Assembly (NCBI RefSeq): GCF_037042905.1
Contig: NC_087248.1
Location: 1,860,001 to 1,924,000 of the forward strand
Origin: Lytechinus pictus
Lineage: Eukaryota
Length of the DNA stretch: 64,000 nucleotides
Direction of reading: 5' to 3'
Every line of letters begins with the position of its first letter. The first letter of the stretch is position 1. The position numbers were made by a program, and so were the translations under genes. The notes beneath the pieces were generated by a model. It had not been told where the DNA came from, ran no database searches, and worked only from the letters and a program-made list of their open reading frames with translations. Below are positions 1 through 15,100 of the stretch, piece after piece.

Positions 1-1203
1 TCACAGGTGATATGGATATGAATCAGCACCCCGTAATGTCAGACACTCTAATCCTATGATTTATCATTATTTTAATTATCCCAAATGTGAAAAGATTCAC
101 ACTAACTATTTAATCTCAATACGTTAATACTTTGGCATCTTGAAAAGTTCAATGAGTAGTCAAAACACAGTTTCCATTAATGGAATGAAAAATAATTGAA
201 AGACAAAATGACCAGTAAGTTTTGGACATCATCAGAACCATTTTGCACGTCGCTAAAATTGTGCGTATAATTCTTTAGTGAATCCAAAGACAGAATTCGA
301 CCCTGACCAGAGACCCGGCAATTTTATGATTTCCTAAACAAGGAATGTACAAGAACATTTTCAAGGAAATAGGAAGTTGTGGCTGTTCTTCTTTTCTTTT
401 AAATGGGAACTAACGATGGGCAGGTCAATAAAGTTATTTTCACTGTCTATATTTCATTGACAAAAGGGCAGAAGTAATGATCTAGTTCTTCAGCTTTTAA
501 AACAATCATGTTTGATTGCTAGAATGACATGTGAATGGAAGTGGATACCGATATTGAGTATAAGGGGTTTCTTCTTGAAAGGTTAATAGAGATACATGTT
601 TAATGCAATTAGATTCGAGTTAACATTAATGATTCAGTTTAATGTCACTTACTGACATATATTTTCCGTTAAGGATAACTAAACGCGATTCACTCTAATA
701 AGGAAGATAAGTTAATCTAACAAGGCTGGACGTTTAATCGAGGCGACTCTCCCAGCCAGACCCTTTGGAGTACGAACATGACGAAGGGAATATCGAGCAT
801 TACCATTATCTAATTGGATGAAATAACCAATTCATAATCTACAAAAACCAAGGTTACTGTTTTACCGGTTATATCATGAAGTCATTTAACTCATTTAGAA
901 TGTTATCTTTTTCATTAATTTACTCGATACTCTCATTCAATTATACTCTTTTAGAGATAATAGGACGCAAAGATAGTCAACTTAATTTCATGTACAAGCA
1001 GGCCAAAATGACGTAATCTGTGCTAGGCGGAATAACAAATAGATTCAAACACGAATATGAATATTCGATATTGCGAGTACCCCCCCCCCCCTTAGAACAC
1101 CTCCACTATCAAATGAATGAATAAATAAGTAAATAGATAAAGATACATAAATGAATACATAAATGAATTGATAAATAAAATGAATAAATACACAAATCAT
1201 TAA

Positions 1204-1807
1204 AGGACAAGTCCACCCCAACAAAAAGTTGATTTGAAAAAAAGGAGAAAAATCCAACAAGCAAAACATTGAAAATTTCATCAAAATCGGATGCAAAATA
1301 AGAAAGTTATGACATTTTAAAGTTTCGCTTAATTTCACAAAACAGTAATATGCACATCCTGGTCGGTATGCAAATTGGCAGACTGATGACGTCACCCACT
1401 CACTATTTATTTTGTATTTTATTATATGAAATATGAAATATTCTAATTTTCTCCTCCTTGTCAAGTGAAACAAAGTTTTATTTCTCCTTGAACATGTGGA
1501 ATTGTCATTATTTTGACAGTTTATGGTTAAGTTAAGTTGGTCCTTTTTGTCAAATTTGTAAAAATTGAAATATTGTTTTATTCAAACAATAAAAAACAAA
1601 AGAAATAGTGAGTGATGGACATCATCGACTCTCTCATTTGCATATCGCTGAGTTGTGCATTTAACTGTTTTGTGAAAAATAAGCGAAACTTAAAAATGTC
1701 ATAACTTTCTTATTTTACATCCGATTTCGATGAAATTTGCAGCGTTATGTTTGTTTGATTTTTCTCTATCGATTTAAATCAACAATTTTCTGGGGTGGAC
1801 TTGACCT
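1204..1807. mobile_element. Kolobok/T2-like MITE (~600 bp)
   Basis: TTAA|AGGACAAGTCCACCCCA...TGGGGTGGACTTGACCT|TTAA; further copies at 26475, 29109 and 48059. Confidence 0.85.
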
Positions 1808-2394
1808 TTAATTTCACGTAACAATGCATTGATCGGTCCTTGTCAATAGGCAATTATAATCGCATAGTAATTATGTACGCGATCTTTCTCCCTCTCACAT
1901 ACCCACAGACGCACCGTCTCACGTACACGCAGCACGTTCACCTACCCCAACTTCACACACCCTAAACCCCCACACACTCACCCTACCTCTACCTAAAGCA
2001 CATGCAATGTGCCCAAACCCCACAGATTTACGCCGCGTTATCACAGATGTGTATTAAACTGCCTTTCCACTAACATTTTTAACGCTCTAGAGCAAAAATC
2101 CTTTAAAAAATTGATATTTTAGAGTTTAAGAATGGGAATCTATTTGAGCAGACTGGGTCTCTGAACTTTACCATTGTGACGTAATTGACATGATGTGTCC
2201 CTGCTCATTTTGTTCCCCGACGATTATGTTTAATATCTTACCCAAGCATATATCACATACCCTCGTCATGCTCACCCAAGCCCCAAATGTGTGAATATAT
2301 CCAAATCAGCATGGAAGATTTAGGGCCATCGCGGGTTAAGGTATCTAAACAGAAACATAAAAAAGACAAAAATCCTTTGGAATTTATCTTGTTT

Positions 2395-3000
2395 TTTATA
2401 CGGCCGTCTCGACGGGACGTTTTATGGTATACAGCCGTCCCTATGTCTGTCTGTCCGTCTGTCCATCCGTCCGTCCGTCTGTTAACTTTTTCTTGTAAAC
2501 GCGATAACTTCAGTTAAACATAACCTAGGCTCATATAATTGTGTGTGTATGATATTAGCATAGATCCAAGGAAGCCTATTGATTTTGAGGTCAAAGATCA
2601 AAGGTCAAGGTCACACTGACATGTTTTCATCTTACCCTGCTGCAGTCCTTGTAAACGCGATAACTTCAGTTTAACTTAATCTAGGCTCATGTAAATTTGG
2701 TGCGTATGATACTAGCATGAAGCCTATTGATTTTAAAATCAAAAGGTCAAAGGTCAAGATCACATTGAAATATTTTCATTTTACCATTCTGCACTCCTTG
2801 TAAACACGATAACTTCTGTTTAACATAACCTAGGCTCATATAATGTGTATGATACTAGCATAGATCCCAGGAAGCCTATTGATTTTGAGGTCAAAAGTTC
2901 AAAGGTGTAGTCGCCATTTTCCACTTTTCTTGCTTGACCAATAGCTCCATTTTCCGCGTTACAGACGGGCGTATATGTGCTCGCCTTAGCGACACTTGTT
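2395..3000 (+). mobile_element. Non-autonomous Helentron-like (HINE/DINE-1-type) element
   Basis: T-run start, subterminal IR ATACGGCCGTC / GACGGGCGTAT, (GTCY)n microsatellite, three ~150-bp internal repeats, 3' hairpin then TTGTT. Confidence 0.75.
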
Positions 3001-3064
3001 TAAACTTTAAAATTGTTTCATAGTTGCTAATCAACCTACTACTGTGTTTGTATGATATGTTCAG

Positions 3065-3196
3065 ATAATCAACCCTATTAATGGTAGTGTAATGTTTACC
3101 TCATCACTCCGAGAGGATTCATTCGATGAAGAAGAGTTAGAACAAGAGGGTATCCCTCCGCCATTCAACGCATACTCAGCTACTGGTGACGTCACG
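3065..3196 (+). CDS. NAALADase exon ([11 protein letters not shown]...[14 protein letters not shown])
   Basis: tcag acceptor, gtaaga donor, 132 nt, phase 0/0. Confidence 0.9.
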
Positions 3197-6100
3197 GTAA
3201 GACAATCAACCTCGGCGTCCATGCTATTTTCTATTTAAACTTTTACAGCAAAATTCTGCGGTATATGGTTAGTTGTGAAAGAAGAAAATAAAGGACTCTA
3301 GAAATGAAAAAGGAAAGAAATGTAACTCGCATGTGTAGCAGATGACTCGGTATGTATTTTGAATTAATGTTGATTACGGTATAATTGAAGAAAAGAATAA
3401 TTCATCACGTATAAAATTGGTGTAACTATTTAGTTGGTTACAGGGACAGCGGATTAAACCTGAAAGTGTGTGTGTGTATGTGGAGGGTGTTTTGGGGTGT
3501 GTGTATGTGAGGAGGTTGAACATGCATAAAATTCATTTCCACGTTCGTGTATATGGTTACTGAAAAAGTTTGGAGGGTGGGAGGGTGAATTTCCCTCCCG
3601 GCCCATGTTTTCTATTATTATTTTAGGGCTTACCGTACCAAATGATATAGCTGATTTTTTTTACAGCAGCGGCTGTTAAGACCATCTCTCTTATCCAGGC
3701 GCCTTCAAGTAGCTTAAAATTGGATTTAAAATTATCCAATCTTCGGCATGTTTAGTGTGAAATTATTTTACCGCACGTGTTATACAAAGCAGTCCTGTGT
3801 TAACATCTATAACCCAAACCGTCCTTACATACAGCATGCACTCACACAAGCATGTAGAGATAGAAAATCACTTTAACCGTTCCAAAAATAACGAGCTCAA
3901 CTTTCGTGATCTAAACGAGTTACACCATAAACACGGTTTTGTAAACTAAAACTGCAATTTAGAACGAAATATAAAGTTTCGACATATTCCAATGCTATTT
4001 AATGTTTCCATTGTCAACAGTTACCTTACCTTTGGTCAGCAAATTAATGAATAATATACCAGAAACAGTAAAGTTTATACTTATTATTTGATTGGTCAAT
4101 AAATGAATTGATAAATCGTCAAGGACAACTGTAGGCCTTTTTCCTAAAGCTTTTCTTTCCGAATAAAATAATACATATAATGCATTTTTTATCTTTCAAT
4201 ATTTATTGAATTTATAAATGAACTGTTACAAAGTGATGCACCGGCATGACAAAAAATAAAACAATAATTGAAATACGATCATGAAAGTTCATCTGTGTTG
4301 GTTGAAAATAAGTAAAATTTCGAGGCTATTCTTCGGATTTTTCGTTGTGTTGTGATCAAAAGATTAATTTTCACTTAATAATTAAAAAATCAAAAAGGAT
4401 TGACCCAAGAAAAAAAGGTATTTTCATCTTCGAAACATTCTTTTTAATATCGATATCACATGTCTTTGGGAATTTAAGAAATCATGGCATGAATATGACT
4501 TCCCCAAATGTATCTCTCGTCACATTCTTCATCTATTATGTGTGTCATATCCAGGGAGACCTTGTGTATGTCAATTATGGAAGGCTTGAGGACTACGAAT
4601 ATCTTCAGAATCTAACCACAAATATCAACTTCAAGGGAAAGATTCTCATCGCAAAATACGGCATGACAGGGAGAAATACCAAGGTAAGATCTGAAATTGA
4701 TTATATTACAAGGTATCAAAAGGTAAACATGATAGGTGAAATCTAAAGTACAAAATCGTCGAAACAGCCATATAGATAAGTTAGGATAAAAAAAGGCGCT
4801 GAGATATTCCCCTGAAATTTCTTTTATCTAAAATTTATTATTGATATTATGTTTTCAATTCAGTTTATCTGACGGCGGCAGCGGCGTCGTCGACATCAAA
4901 TCTTAAACCGAAGGTTAAGTTTTGAAATGTCATCATAACTTAGAAAGTATATGGGCCTAGTTCATGAAACTTAGACATAATGGTTATCAAGTATTACTAA
5001 ACATCCTGCCAGAGTTTAATGTCACACGACCAAGGTCAAATGTCATTTAGGGTCAATAAAATTAGACCATGTTGGGGGAATCAACATTAAAGTCTCAACC
5101 GAAGGTTAAGTTTTTGAAATGTTATCATAACTTAGAAAATATATTGGCCTAGTTCATGAAACTTGGACATAATGGTCACATGACCGAGGTCAAAGGTCAT
5201 TTAGGGTCAATGAACTTTGGCCATGTTAGGGGTATTTGTTGATTTCCATCATAACTTTGAATGTTTATGGATCTGGTTCGTGAAACCTGGACATGAGAGT
5301 AATCAAGTATCACAGAACATCCTTTGTGAGTTTCATGTCACATGACAAAGGTCAAAGGTCATTTAGGATCAATGAACTTAGATTATGTTGGGGGAATCAA
5401 AAACGAAATCTTAACCAACGTTAAGTTTTTTTTGATATCATAACTCTGAAACTATATGGATTCAGTTCATGAAAATTTGACATAAGAGTAATCAAGCATC
5501 AGTGAACATCCTGTGTGAGTTTCATGTCACATGACCAAGGTCAATGAACTTTAGTCGTGTTGGGGGTATTTGTTGAATTGCCATCATAACAATGAAAGTT
5601 TATGGATCTAGTTCATAAAATATTGATATAAGGGTAATCAAATTTCACTGATCGTCTTGCACAATTCTTTGGTCACACGATCAAGGTCAAATGTCATTTA
5701 GGGCCAGTGAACATAGTATTTTCTCATGATATTATGAATGGTGTTTTTTGTGAATGATTATTCTATTGTCGTTTTCAAAGTCAGCACTGCTGCTACATTG
5801 AATCGCGGAATGCAGGCGAGACTGCCAGAGGCGCTCCACTTGTTTATGGTTGTTTCCTTTTAACCTTTGTATCAACATTATTTAATACAAAGGTTGTTGT
5901 ACTTATATTTAAATAATTGGTTTTTGCACGTCCTAGTGGAAAGTCCTCGTTGAATTCTTTGATTATAATCATATCTATATAATTATATCATCATAAGTTC
6001 GAAGAGGATCGCAGAACATTTGCAGAAGGAAGTGCATTTTAATAAGATTATAACAACTCAATTTTGTTCTTTCTAGATCCTAATACAAATTCGTATAGAT

Positions 6101-9100
6101 TAATGAGATAACCACTTGTGTTCTGCTTCCTGCTCAAGATGTGTTTCTAATGATTTGATTAAACAAACCACATAAAAATAGCGAATAGAACCGATAACGT
6201 ACAATACACGGTGGAAAAGATAGTACAATCATGATGATTAATTAATAATACGTTCATTTGACATGTTTGATATGTGTATCATGTATCATCACGGTATATA
6301 CAGGTTGTAAATGCTGAAAAGTTTGGAGCTGCTGGTCTGATCCTTTTCTCTGATCCTAGAGATCTACCTACCTATGGCTTACCTCATAACGGTATACCCT
6401 ACCCGAGAGGATCATTTCTACCCAAGACGGCGGCACAGAGAGGCTCGATCCTTAAAGATATCGGTGATCCTCTGACTCCTGGCTACCCTGCTAAAGGTAA
6501 AAATTGAAGTTTTTCTTGGCCCCGTGTTACAAAGAGTTACGATTAATCAAATCAATCTCACCTATATGGAAATCCATCAACGTCATATTTTTTTTCTTCA
6601 GGAAATTTGCACAATCTCCTTAGTAAACAAAAGGAATCACACTGAATTTTAAAGAGAGTGATGAATGTATGCAAATACATCATATCTGAAATATATTTTG
6701 AACAAAGATACACTTTAGATTTTGATGTTGCTGGCTTTCCATAGATGTGGTTGATTGAATCAATCGCAACTCTTTGTAAGACGGGCCCTAATTTGTAGAA
6801 GAAGATGATGAGTCTAGTGTAATATATTGTATTTTAAATAAAAGATAGTAAATAGAAAATAACATCAGCGAAAGTGTCAGAAAGTAAAGTACAATAAAGC
6901 ATGTTACATTAGTCGGGACTGTTCCTTATATACTCTTGGATTTCCACTAAAAATCTGAAAATTACATTTTCCTTCGGGAATATTTCAAATAACATACAGT
7001 TCAGTTTTCACAGTGAAGGTGAATGATAATGTATGTGATTAATCCGTTAGTATTAAATCTTGAAATGTCATACACATAGGTAATATTCTTTTCCTAGATT
7101 TTGCATACAGATTAGAATTAAACGACACATCAATACCAAAGATTCCTGTACATCCCATTGGATTCGAAGATGCAGAAAAACTTTTAAGGTAAGGAAATTT
7201 TCATTTCAAACATGATTATACCTGGTAGCGTACTGTGGGTCACGGCGTGGGGGGGGGGGGGGGACACCAGCACATTTTTTAGTCACTTAGTGGGCACGCG
7301 CTCAATAGCATGGTATACTGGTCTAATAGAGACATTTTAAGGACTGTGCCATTAAACGGATATGTATCTCATTGGTAAAATAACGCAAGCGCGAAGCGTG
7401 AGCTGAAAATATTTGATATTCAGACCTAAAAAATGGGCATTATAAGCAAATATTTGTACTCATGATACTAGGAGCCTACCTATCTCACTAAACAAACAAT
7501 GCGAGCGCGAAGCGCAAGCTGAAATTTGTGTATATATTGACCCCAAAGAGACCTAAAAAGGGGCATTGTAAGCAAAATTTTGTAATCATGATACTAGGAG
7601 CCTACGTATTTTACTAACCAAATAATGCGAGCGCGAAGCGCGATCTGAAAAATTTTGACATTGAGACCAAAAAGGGGCATTTTAAAGACTGTTTTTAGGA
7701 ATTCATGAAGAGCAGATATATGACACCAATCCACTAATGCGAGCGTAAGTACGGACTGGAAATGTTTAATATTCATACCTTAAAAGGAGGCAATCACTTT
7801 AATAAGCAGACTCGTGAAAAGAAGCATAGGCCTATGTCACTACATAAAATAATTAAAAACTCGAATTGTGATTAAATATAATGTGTATATCGACTTGAAA
7901 ACGGGATGTATTAGTACCATTTAATTCCCTTTAGCAGGATTATTTATCTCATTAAACAGACAATGCGAGCACCAGGAGTGATTAACACATAGGCACAAAG
8001 TAAATTATTTTTCATAAAGTAATAACAAATATTTATCAAGTAATATAATATTACATATCATATATTATAACGTAATATACAATAATTTCTTCTTCCCCCA
8101 CTATATACGTTTCTCTTTCTTTCTCCCTCTTTTTCTCCCTTTCCCCTGTTTTTTTACCAGCCGATTGGTGGGGGGGGGGGCACGTGCCCCCGTAGTTACG
8201 CCACTGATTATACCTTTTAGTATATTTATACAATGTGGAATCGTGGAATAGATGATGATTTTGGTTATTGTGACCAGTCGATAAATTTGAATAAAAGAAA
8301 ATTAACTATGAAAAAATGTTTTTTTTTTATCATAGACACATAGCTACTTATGGCATTTGTGATGATCATCCATGTATCTTTTGGCTTGAATACCTATTAG
8401 TTTTCTTCTTTCCTTCGACCTACCAAATCTTCAATTGCATTAAAACATTTTATTTGTTGAAACCTATCACTCTTTAACCACTTTTATTATATCCAAAACA
8501 TGGTGTATAATTTTGCTGGCTTCTATAAGTTTAGACTTGATGAATTTCCTTTTGTAAATGAAGTATCAAAGTAAAGTCATGAAATAAATAAATACCATCA
8601 CATTCTCACACCCACATTCAACACCCCACATTCGCTTGCACACACACACACACACACACTAACTCTCACTTAGAATTATGCAAAAGCTCATTCAGAATCC
8701 CGATTCTTAATTTTCATGTTCTTGTTCTGAAGTATATAGAAAAACCAGGATGTAATTCTTAAAGTCTTGATTTCCATTTGACAGGGCATTAACAGGTCCT
8801 CAGCCCGGTGAAGGATGGAACAGAGACCCAAGGACAATCTTTGAAGTAGGTCCTGGATTTAAGGACCCCTATAGAGGAATGTAAGCACGACAGAGTATTT
8901 TTTTCTTATTTATTTGAATTTACCGCAAAATCGTAAAGTACGCATATTATTGAGTATAGAAAATACGGAACGTCGATAACAAACATATTAACATGAACAA
9001 GACATAATTTCACAAAATTTCTCCATCTGAAACTGAAGTGGTCCCAATTCGTAATTGTTATAGTAACAAAATTACGATAATAATTGTCATTCAGTAGCTG

Positions 9101-12100
9101 ATTGCCATTTTGTAAAATAATATTTCCTATTCATTTGTTATCAATCCTCAAAAATGTTGTTTCAAATTGTTGGTGTAGACATGGTTGAACTTTCGATGAC
9201 TCATCCTTTCTTACGACACATCGACACGTTTTTAAAAGATGGGGACATACTTTGGTCTTTTTTTCCTTTTGGTTTAATTATAGTGCACAGGCCGTGGACC
9301 GGGGCGTTGGGTTTAATACACCAGAGCCTAGATATCAAACAATATATTGTAAAAAATATACAAACTTTGGTATTGTTACGTCACGTGTCGATTACCTTGC
9401 GAATCCTTGATCTTTAATGTTGAAATGAACGTAATATTTTGTCTTACAGGAAAGTGAGACTAGCTGTAAATTCCATCTCAGCTCATCATTACACATATAA
9501 CACTGTATGTTTTATCAGAGGAGACATTGAGCCAGGTGAGTGGTATGGTCATTAAAAATGTCAGACGATAAAGATAACAAACATCAAACTATTCACATGC
9601 TTAGGCAACTTTTTAATTCACATAAAATCCTTCTTTCGTTTGATTACATCATACTTACATGTCAATTGTAAGACAATCAATTATTCCTATATAACAATGT
9701 TTTGAAAATACATTTTAATTAGAAATGTAAATGGGTCAAACCTTAAAGAAAAATATGCAAGGTTCATGAGAAAATTGAGAAGAAGAATCTCGAACAGAAA
9801 TAAACATAAGAAGTACAAGTTGATTGAAATAGGTCAAGACTGCCGTTGAAAACACGTAGTTAGATAAAATCTCTCGACATTTACTAATATGGTACGTGAA
9901 ATTACATCATTTATAAACATAGATCGTTACGTCATCGTTGGTAATCATCGAGATGCATGGGCTCTCGGGGCTGTTGATCCTACCAGTGGAACGGCTACTC
10001 TCATGGAAGTATCGAGGGCGTTTGGAAAATTAAAACAAGAAGGTGAATTAATTAACATCGACTTTAAATTCAATGGCTCAATGAATAATAAGTAATTTCA
10101 CAGTGACGTAGGTAAAAATTGTCTTTCCAGCAATGGTTCGTACTGTGAAACCAATTCCTTCGCCAGTAATATGTGTGGCGATTTCTTGAGGTTTTTTTTT
10201 ACTGCCGGGGGATGAGTCTATCCTTTTCTGGTTGCTGTAAAATATAAAGATTTAGACACGCTTCGGCCTCCCTTTTGGGAGTATAATAAAATCCTTGCTT
10301 TAACTCGTGCTCATGGTTCATGGTCATACGCAGAATTATTTTGCTGGGGGAGGGCAGGAAGCGTAAACTTTTTCGAAAAATCTCGAATGCGAGGGAGCAA
10401 AGCGACTGAGCTTGTTATTGTGGCGTTTTTGCATTTTGTAAAGTGAAACCGATGGATTTTATTCATACTTTTGGTGAATTTGGTAATGTAAGTTTTCAAA
10501 ATTTCTGGGGAGGGGACTGCCCCTTCCCCCCTGCTGCTTACGGCCATGTTATGGTTAACAACTCAGTCAAAATGATTTTAATTTTCAAGGGGGGATTTCT
10601 GTACAGAAAAAAAAAAAATAAATAACAAGCCCCCCCCCAAACAAAAAAAAAGCTCCTCACTCCACATTAGTGGCAATTTACTTAAGGAAAAACTTGACAA
10701 GTAATAAGTCCTCACCCCAATTAATGGTGGTTTATGTCTGAAAAATACAAGCAAAAAAATGTCCTTACTTGCGTATGCACCATATATTTCTTGTGGCTCT
10801 CAAGGGCCGGGGAGGGGGGGGGCACGGGTCGGACGCGCCCCTACCCGTGGTACACTATTGTATGGATGGTAACATGAGGCATACACTTCATTGCCATCCG
10901 GCACTGTGTAAGATGACAAAACCTTTGATTTTTGTAAATAAAACTATGGTAGACCTTGTCTAACGTATTGAAACTCACTAAGTCTACAATAATGTATGAT
11001 CCCACTAAATACGTTCAAATTAATAGGCTGAACAGTTGCAAGTCTCGCATTGTTTTTTAATTGATTTAAATCTCTAGATTCATCAGATTTTTCTAATTCT
11101 GGGAGCAAGGAATTATTTTATGATAGAAATTTATTTCAGTCCAGAATCTCTAAAATCGTTTTTTTTTTTTTGACAGGAATTCAATCATCTTTTAGCCGAT
11201 CGCACGATAGCCTATCTAAATTTGGACATAGCCGTTGCAGGTAAGTTGACGTACGTATTTAAAGTAGAGATTTAATTATGGTAGTGTATTTGATTTTATT
11301 CTTGAATAATTATGATCTGTCAATTGATGCAGTGAAAAGTCTAATGTAAAGCCAACCCATTTATGTTGGCACATTTGACGAAATTTTAAAAACTAACGAA
11401 AAGTTGATGCGCATATTGATGAAATGGAGTTCTCTCAAGATTACGAACTATGAAATAGCGCCATCAGACATTATAACTTTCGCTCTGATAATGAAATTCT
11501 CATGTCATTCATTATTTATAGAAAGTATATGGATAAAAATAAATGGCAAAATATCATAGACCGCTTGTATATTACGTTTGACCTTACACAGACTTTTAAT
11601 TTGATTTATTCAAACAATAATGACAACAAAATATTCTGTTACACGGATCTATTTGATATTTTGACAAATTTTTCAGGTAATTATGTACTGTGGACATCGG
11701 CTTCACCTCATTTAAGACCGGTGGTTTATGCTGCCGCCAAAAAGGTAAAGTTGTTTCTTTAAATACCTTAGCTGATATTTTAAACCTGTGTTTGATCATG
11801 TCTTTTGTTTATATATCATCATTTACCATATATCGTTTATTGATAAGGAAACATTGACTACCACGTTCATTCAGTTTCAAATTATGAACATTTCGTCATG
11901 AATATTTAATCACTGAATATTCAAGTAGACATGGAGATAATCTAAAAATTATGTCTAAATAATATTCTAAAAACTATTGTTCGTCCTTTAATAAAGATTA
12001 TCGAGGAATAATTAAGAATTTAGAATACTAGTATTACGAGGACTTTAAATTAGTTGTCATTGAGAGTGAGTGTCAGATGCATTCCGTTTTTCCATAAATA

Positions 12101-15100
12101 AGAATTCATTCGTAGATTATCGCCTTTGGTTAGCTAATTCATAGATGCATAAATATTTCTCAGATGATCTATATAATTCACAGAGGGCTTTGTCTTCATA
12201 CTGTTTTGACAAGTTGCTATGAATTTCTTTAGAAAAGAATCATCTCGCTCCCTGACCGCTCAAGATTATTGTACAAAAATTTATCGATGATTTTTTTTAT
12301 CACAATATTTCACAGATTCCAGATCCTGATAATAATGAGAGATCTCTTTATGATACCATGGTTGAACGAAAGCCAGATGATCTAGAACCACAAAGACCAC
12401 AGTAAGAAAACAACTGTGTAGTTTACAGTGTTGTATATGCATTGGATGTGGATGTGTGGGAGACGACGAAACTGTATGTAGGAGGGTATGTTGAGTTGTG
12501 CGTGTGTACGTATGTGTGTGATTGCGGATATTGTGAGGGTGTCTGTGTGTGTGGTGTATGGATGCGTGTGCACGTGTCGCTATGAGGGTGTGTTTGTTTA
12601 GTGGTGTGGGTGGGTGAGAGGGTTTGTGTATGTGTGAGGGTAAGAGAGACAGGGATTGGGGTAGGGTATTACTACAGGAGATAAACATAGAAGGAATATT
12701 TAAAGCATATTTGGTGTCCAAGGACTTTATCTAAAAGATGTACATATTTTTCAGTGTTTGATTTCTATTCTTTCTTTCAGCGTAAGGAGAACAGCAGGAG
12801 CGAGTGATCATCGTGGCTTTATTATGAGATTAGGAGTGCCATTTATAATGATCTTTTATGTACGTATGTATGCTTTCTCATTCTATAAATTCGTCTTCTA
12901 GTTAAACATATCTTTCATCCTGACCAGATTGCATCAAATTTGTAATAAAGTTAGTAAATTTGCTTTAATTTGAAAGTACATGTGAACGGTTACATTGCAT
13001 ATAATGACGAACATACCTGAATAGTTAAGGCCGAACATTCTAGTTTCATATTTTTTTTGTACAAAAAGAACAAAATCATCTGAATTTTTCTTGCTTTGGA
13101 ACAGGACCTCGAGCAAAATTTAAATGAAAACGGTACCTCATTTGTATTCGGATCTTTCTGTAGAATAGGTAACGTTGGTAAAGTCTATTTCATGTTTATC
13201 TTCCTATGGGTCGTTAAATTTCACTATTAATGTCGTTTATCCTTATCCTTTTCCTAAATATCACAGGGAACAATAAATGGAAGCTTCTACTCGTTATACC
13301 ATACGTCATACGAAACCATCCGATTAGTCGAGGAGTACATCGATCCAGAATACTCCCATCACCTCGCAACAACCCGAGTATTTGCCGAGATGACCCGAAT
13401 ACTAGCCGATTCATTAGTGTTACCATTCGACGTGCATCGTTATTCGGTAGAACTGCTTTCTATGTGGATTGATCTGAATTTTAGCGAAGCATCGGTAGAT
13501 CTTCTGGACCACGGGATATCACTTGGTAAGAGTAGACCAACTCTTTCCAGCCTTGATCAGGGGAAGTACCGGGGTATCTTTATAGGGCGGCGGAGAAATC
13601 CAAACGATGATGAAATTCTCCTCAATTAAATAATAGGTGTTAAATGAAGATATGCAACCGAATTCTTTCTTTTCTATTCTCTTCATTCTTCCCTTTTCTT
13701 CCTATTTTATCTCCCTGTTATTCACACCGGTTTAAAAAACAGAGGGGAAGTTCGCACCCACTCGCGCCGCCCTTGATCTATTTCATTTCGTTCTCTTCTT
13801 CGATTCAAATATGGTTCCTTTTTATTACCATGATTATACTTACTATCACTGGTGTACAGTTGTCTTTATCTTTTTTTATGGGGAGGGGGGGGGGGTGTCG
13901 TGGCGCATTCCCTAAAAGCTCCTGTACCATGACCATGAGATAAAAGGGAAAATTTGTATGAACAGGGAATGGTAAAAACAATTTTTTCGATATTATGATA
14001 AATCTTTCTCTAAATTAGACTTTCCCATGAACATGTTTTGTTCCCTCGCGATCATGTTCGGAATCCCCCGTATCTCAATTCTTGTCTCCTCATTTTATTT
14101 TACCCATTCTCCCTGGCTTTAATATACTTTTATAACCGTTACTTTTTTACCATAAAGAAGGCAAATATAACTTTCATTGCAATTCTGAATTCAGAGTTCC
14201 TATCTTACCGGATAATTTAAAGAAAAAATTGCCATACGCTTTTACATGTTACAGATTTATCGTAATTCAATGTTGAAATATCGCGCAAAGTGCGATTATA
14301 AGGTTGCCCACTTATTGACGAAAGTGGCGCCTGTCCATATTGAGCGGAGCGTTCAAAGAGATTGAGAAAGATCAATACTGTTTCAGAAGAATGTGACATC
14401 ATCATGAAGTGTATCATTAATATTTGACTAGGCTTATCATTTCAAAGTTCGCTAGTGGTTTGCCATGCCTCCAATATTTATGACGCTGACATGTCGGAGA
14501 TATGATATTTGTTTTTCGAACTTATCATTCGAACAAATGATTTAGGGGGCGTGTTCGAGTTGGCAAATTTCCAGACGCAAATAAAACTGAGATGAGATTT
14601 GTGATTCTCCAGTATTGAAATAGGAAATGCGCCCTCTACATTAAACGAATCTTAATGACGACCTTTCACTTTGTATAAGACTGAATTTTTAAAATTTGAA
14701 AATGAGCCTTGGGTGAATACTGAGTACTTATGTATTAAACACTCAAGAAATCAGATTGGTCAACATGTAAAAAGGTCTATACTGTTGGTTAAAACTAAAT
14801 TGCTTGAAAAACGAAATGTCAAATCACTTAACCAATATTTTGTAGGTACGCAATTAAATACGTTTTCTGAGAGTATCGATCGATTTGAAATAAAGGCGCT
14901 AAGTCAAACAAGAATTTCATATTCATTTATTTTCACCAAACATCATTTGTAATTTCAGAACGTTTAAAGGAAGCCGTATACGACTTTATAGGAAATTGTA
15001 CAGACTTCCAGGAAAGGGTTAGCAACGTTAATAAAAGCAGGTATGATAATGTACATTTACTGTCTCCACACTCTAAAAAAAGAGAGTAGAAATTTACCCA

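Noticed and set aside
2220-2290. Possible upstream NAALADase exon (LISYP resembles LLSYP)
   Set aside because: No supporting flanking similarity or convincing splice sites; the 5' exons were not identified.
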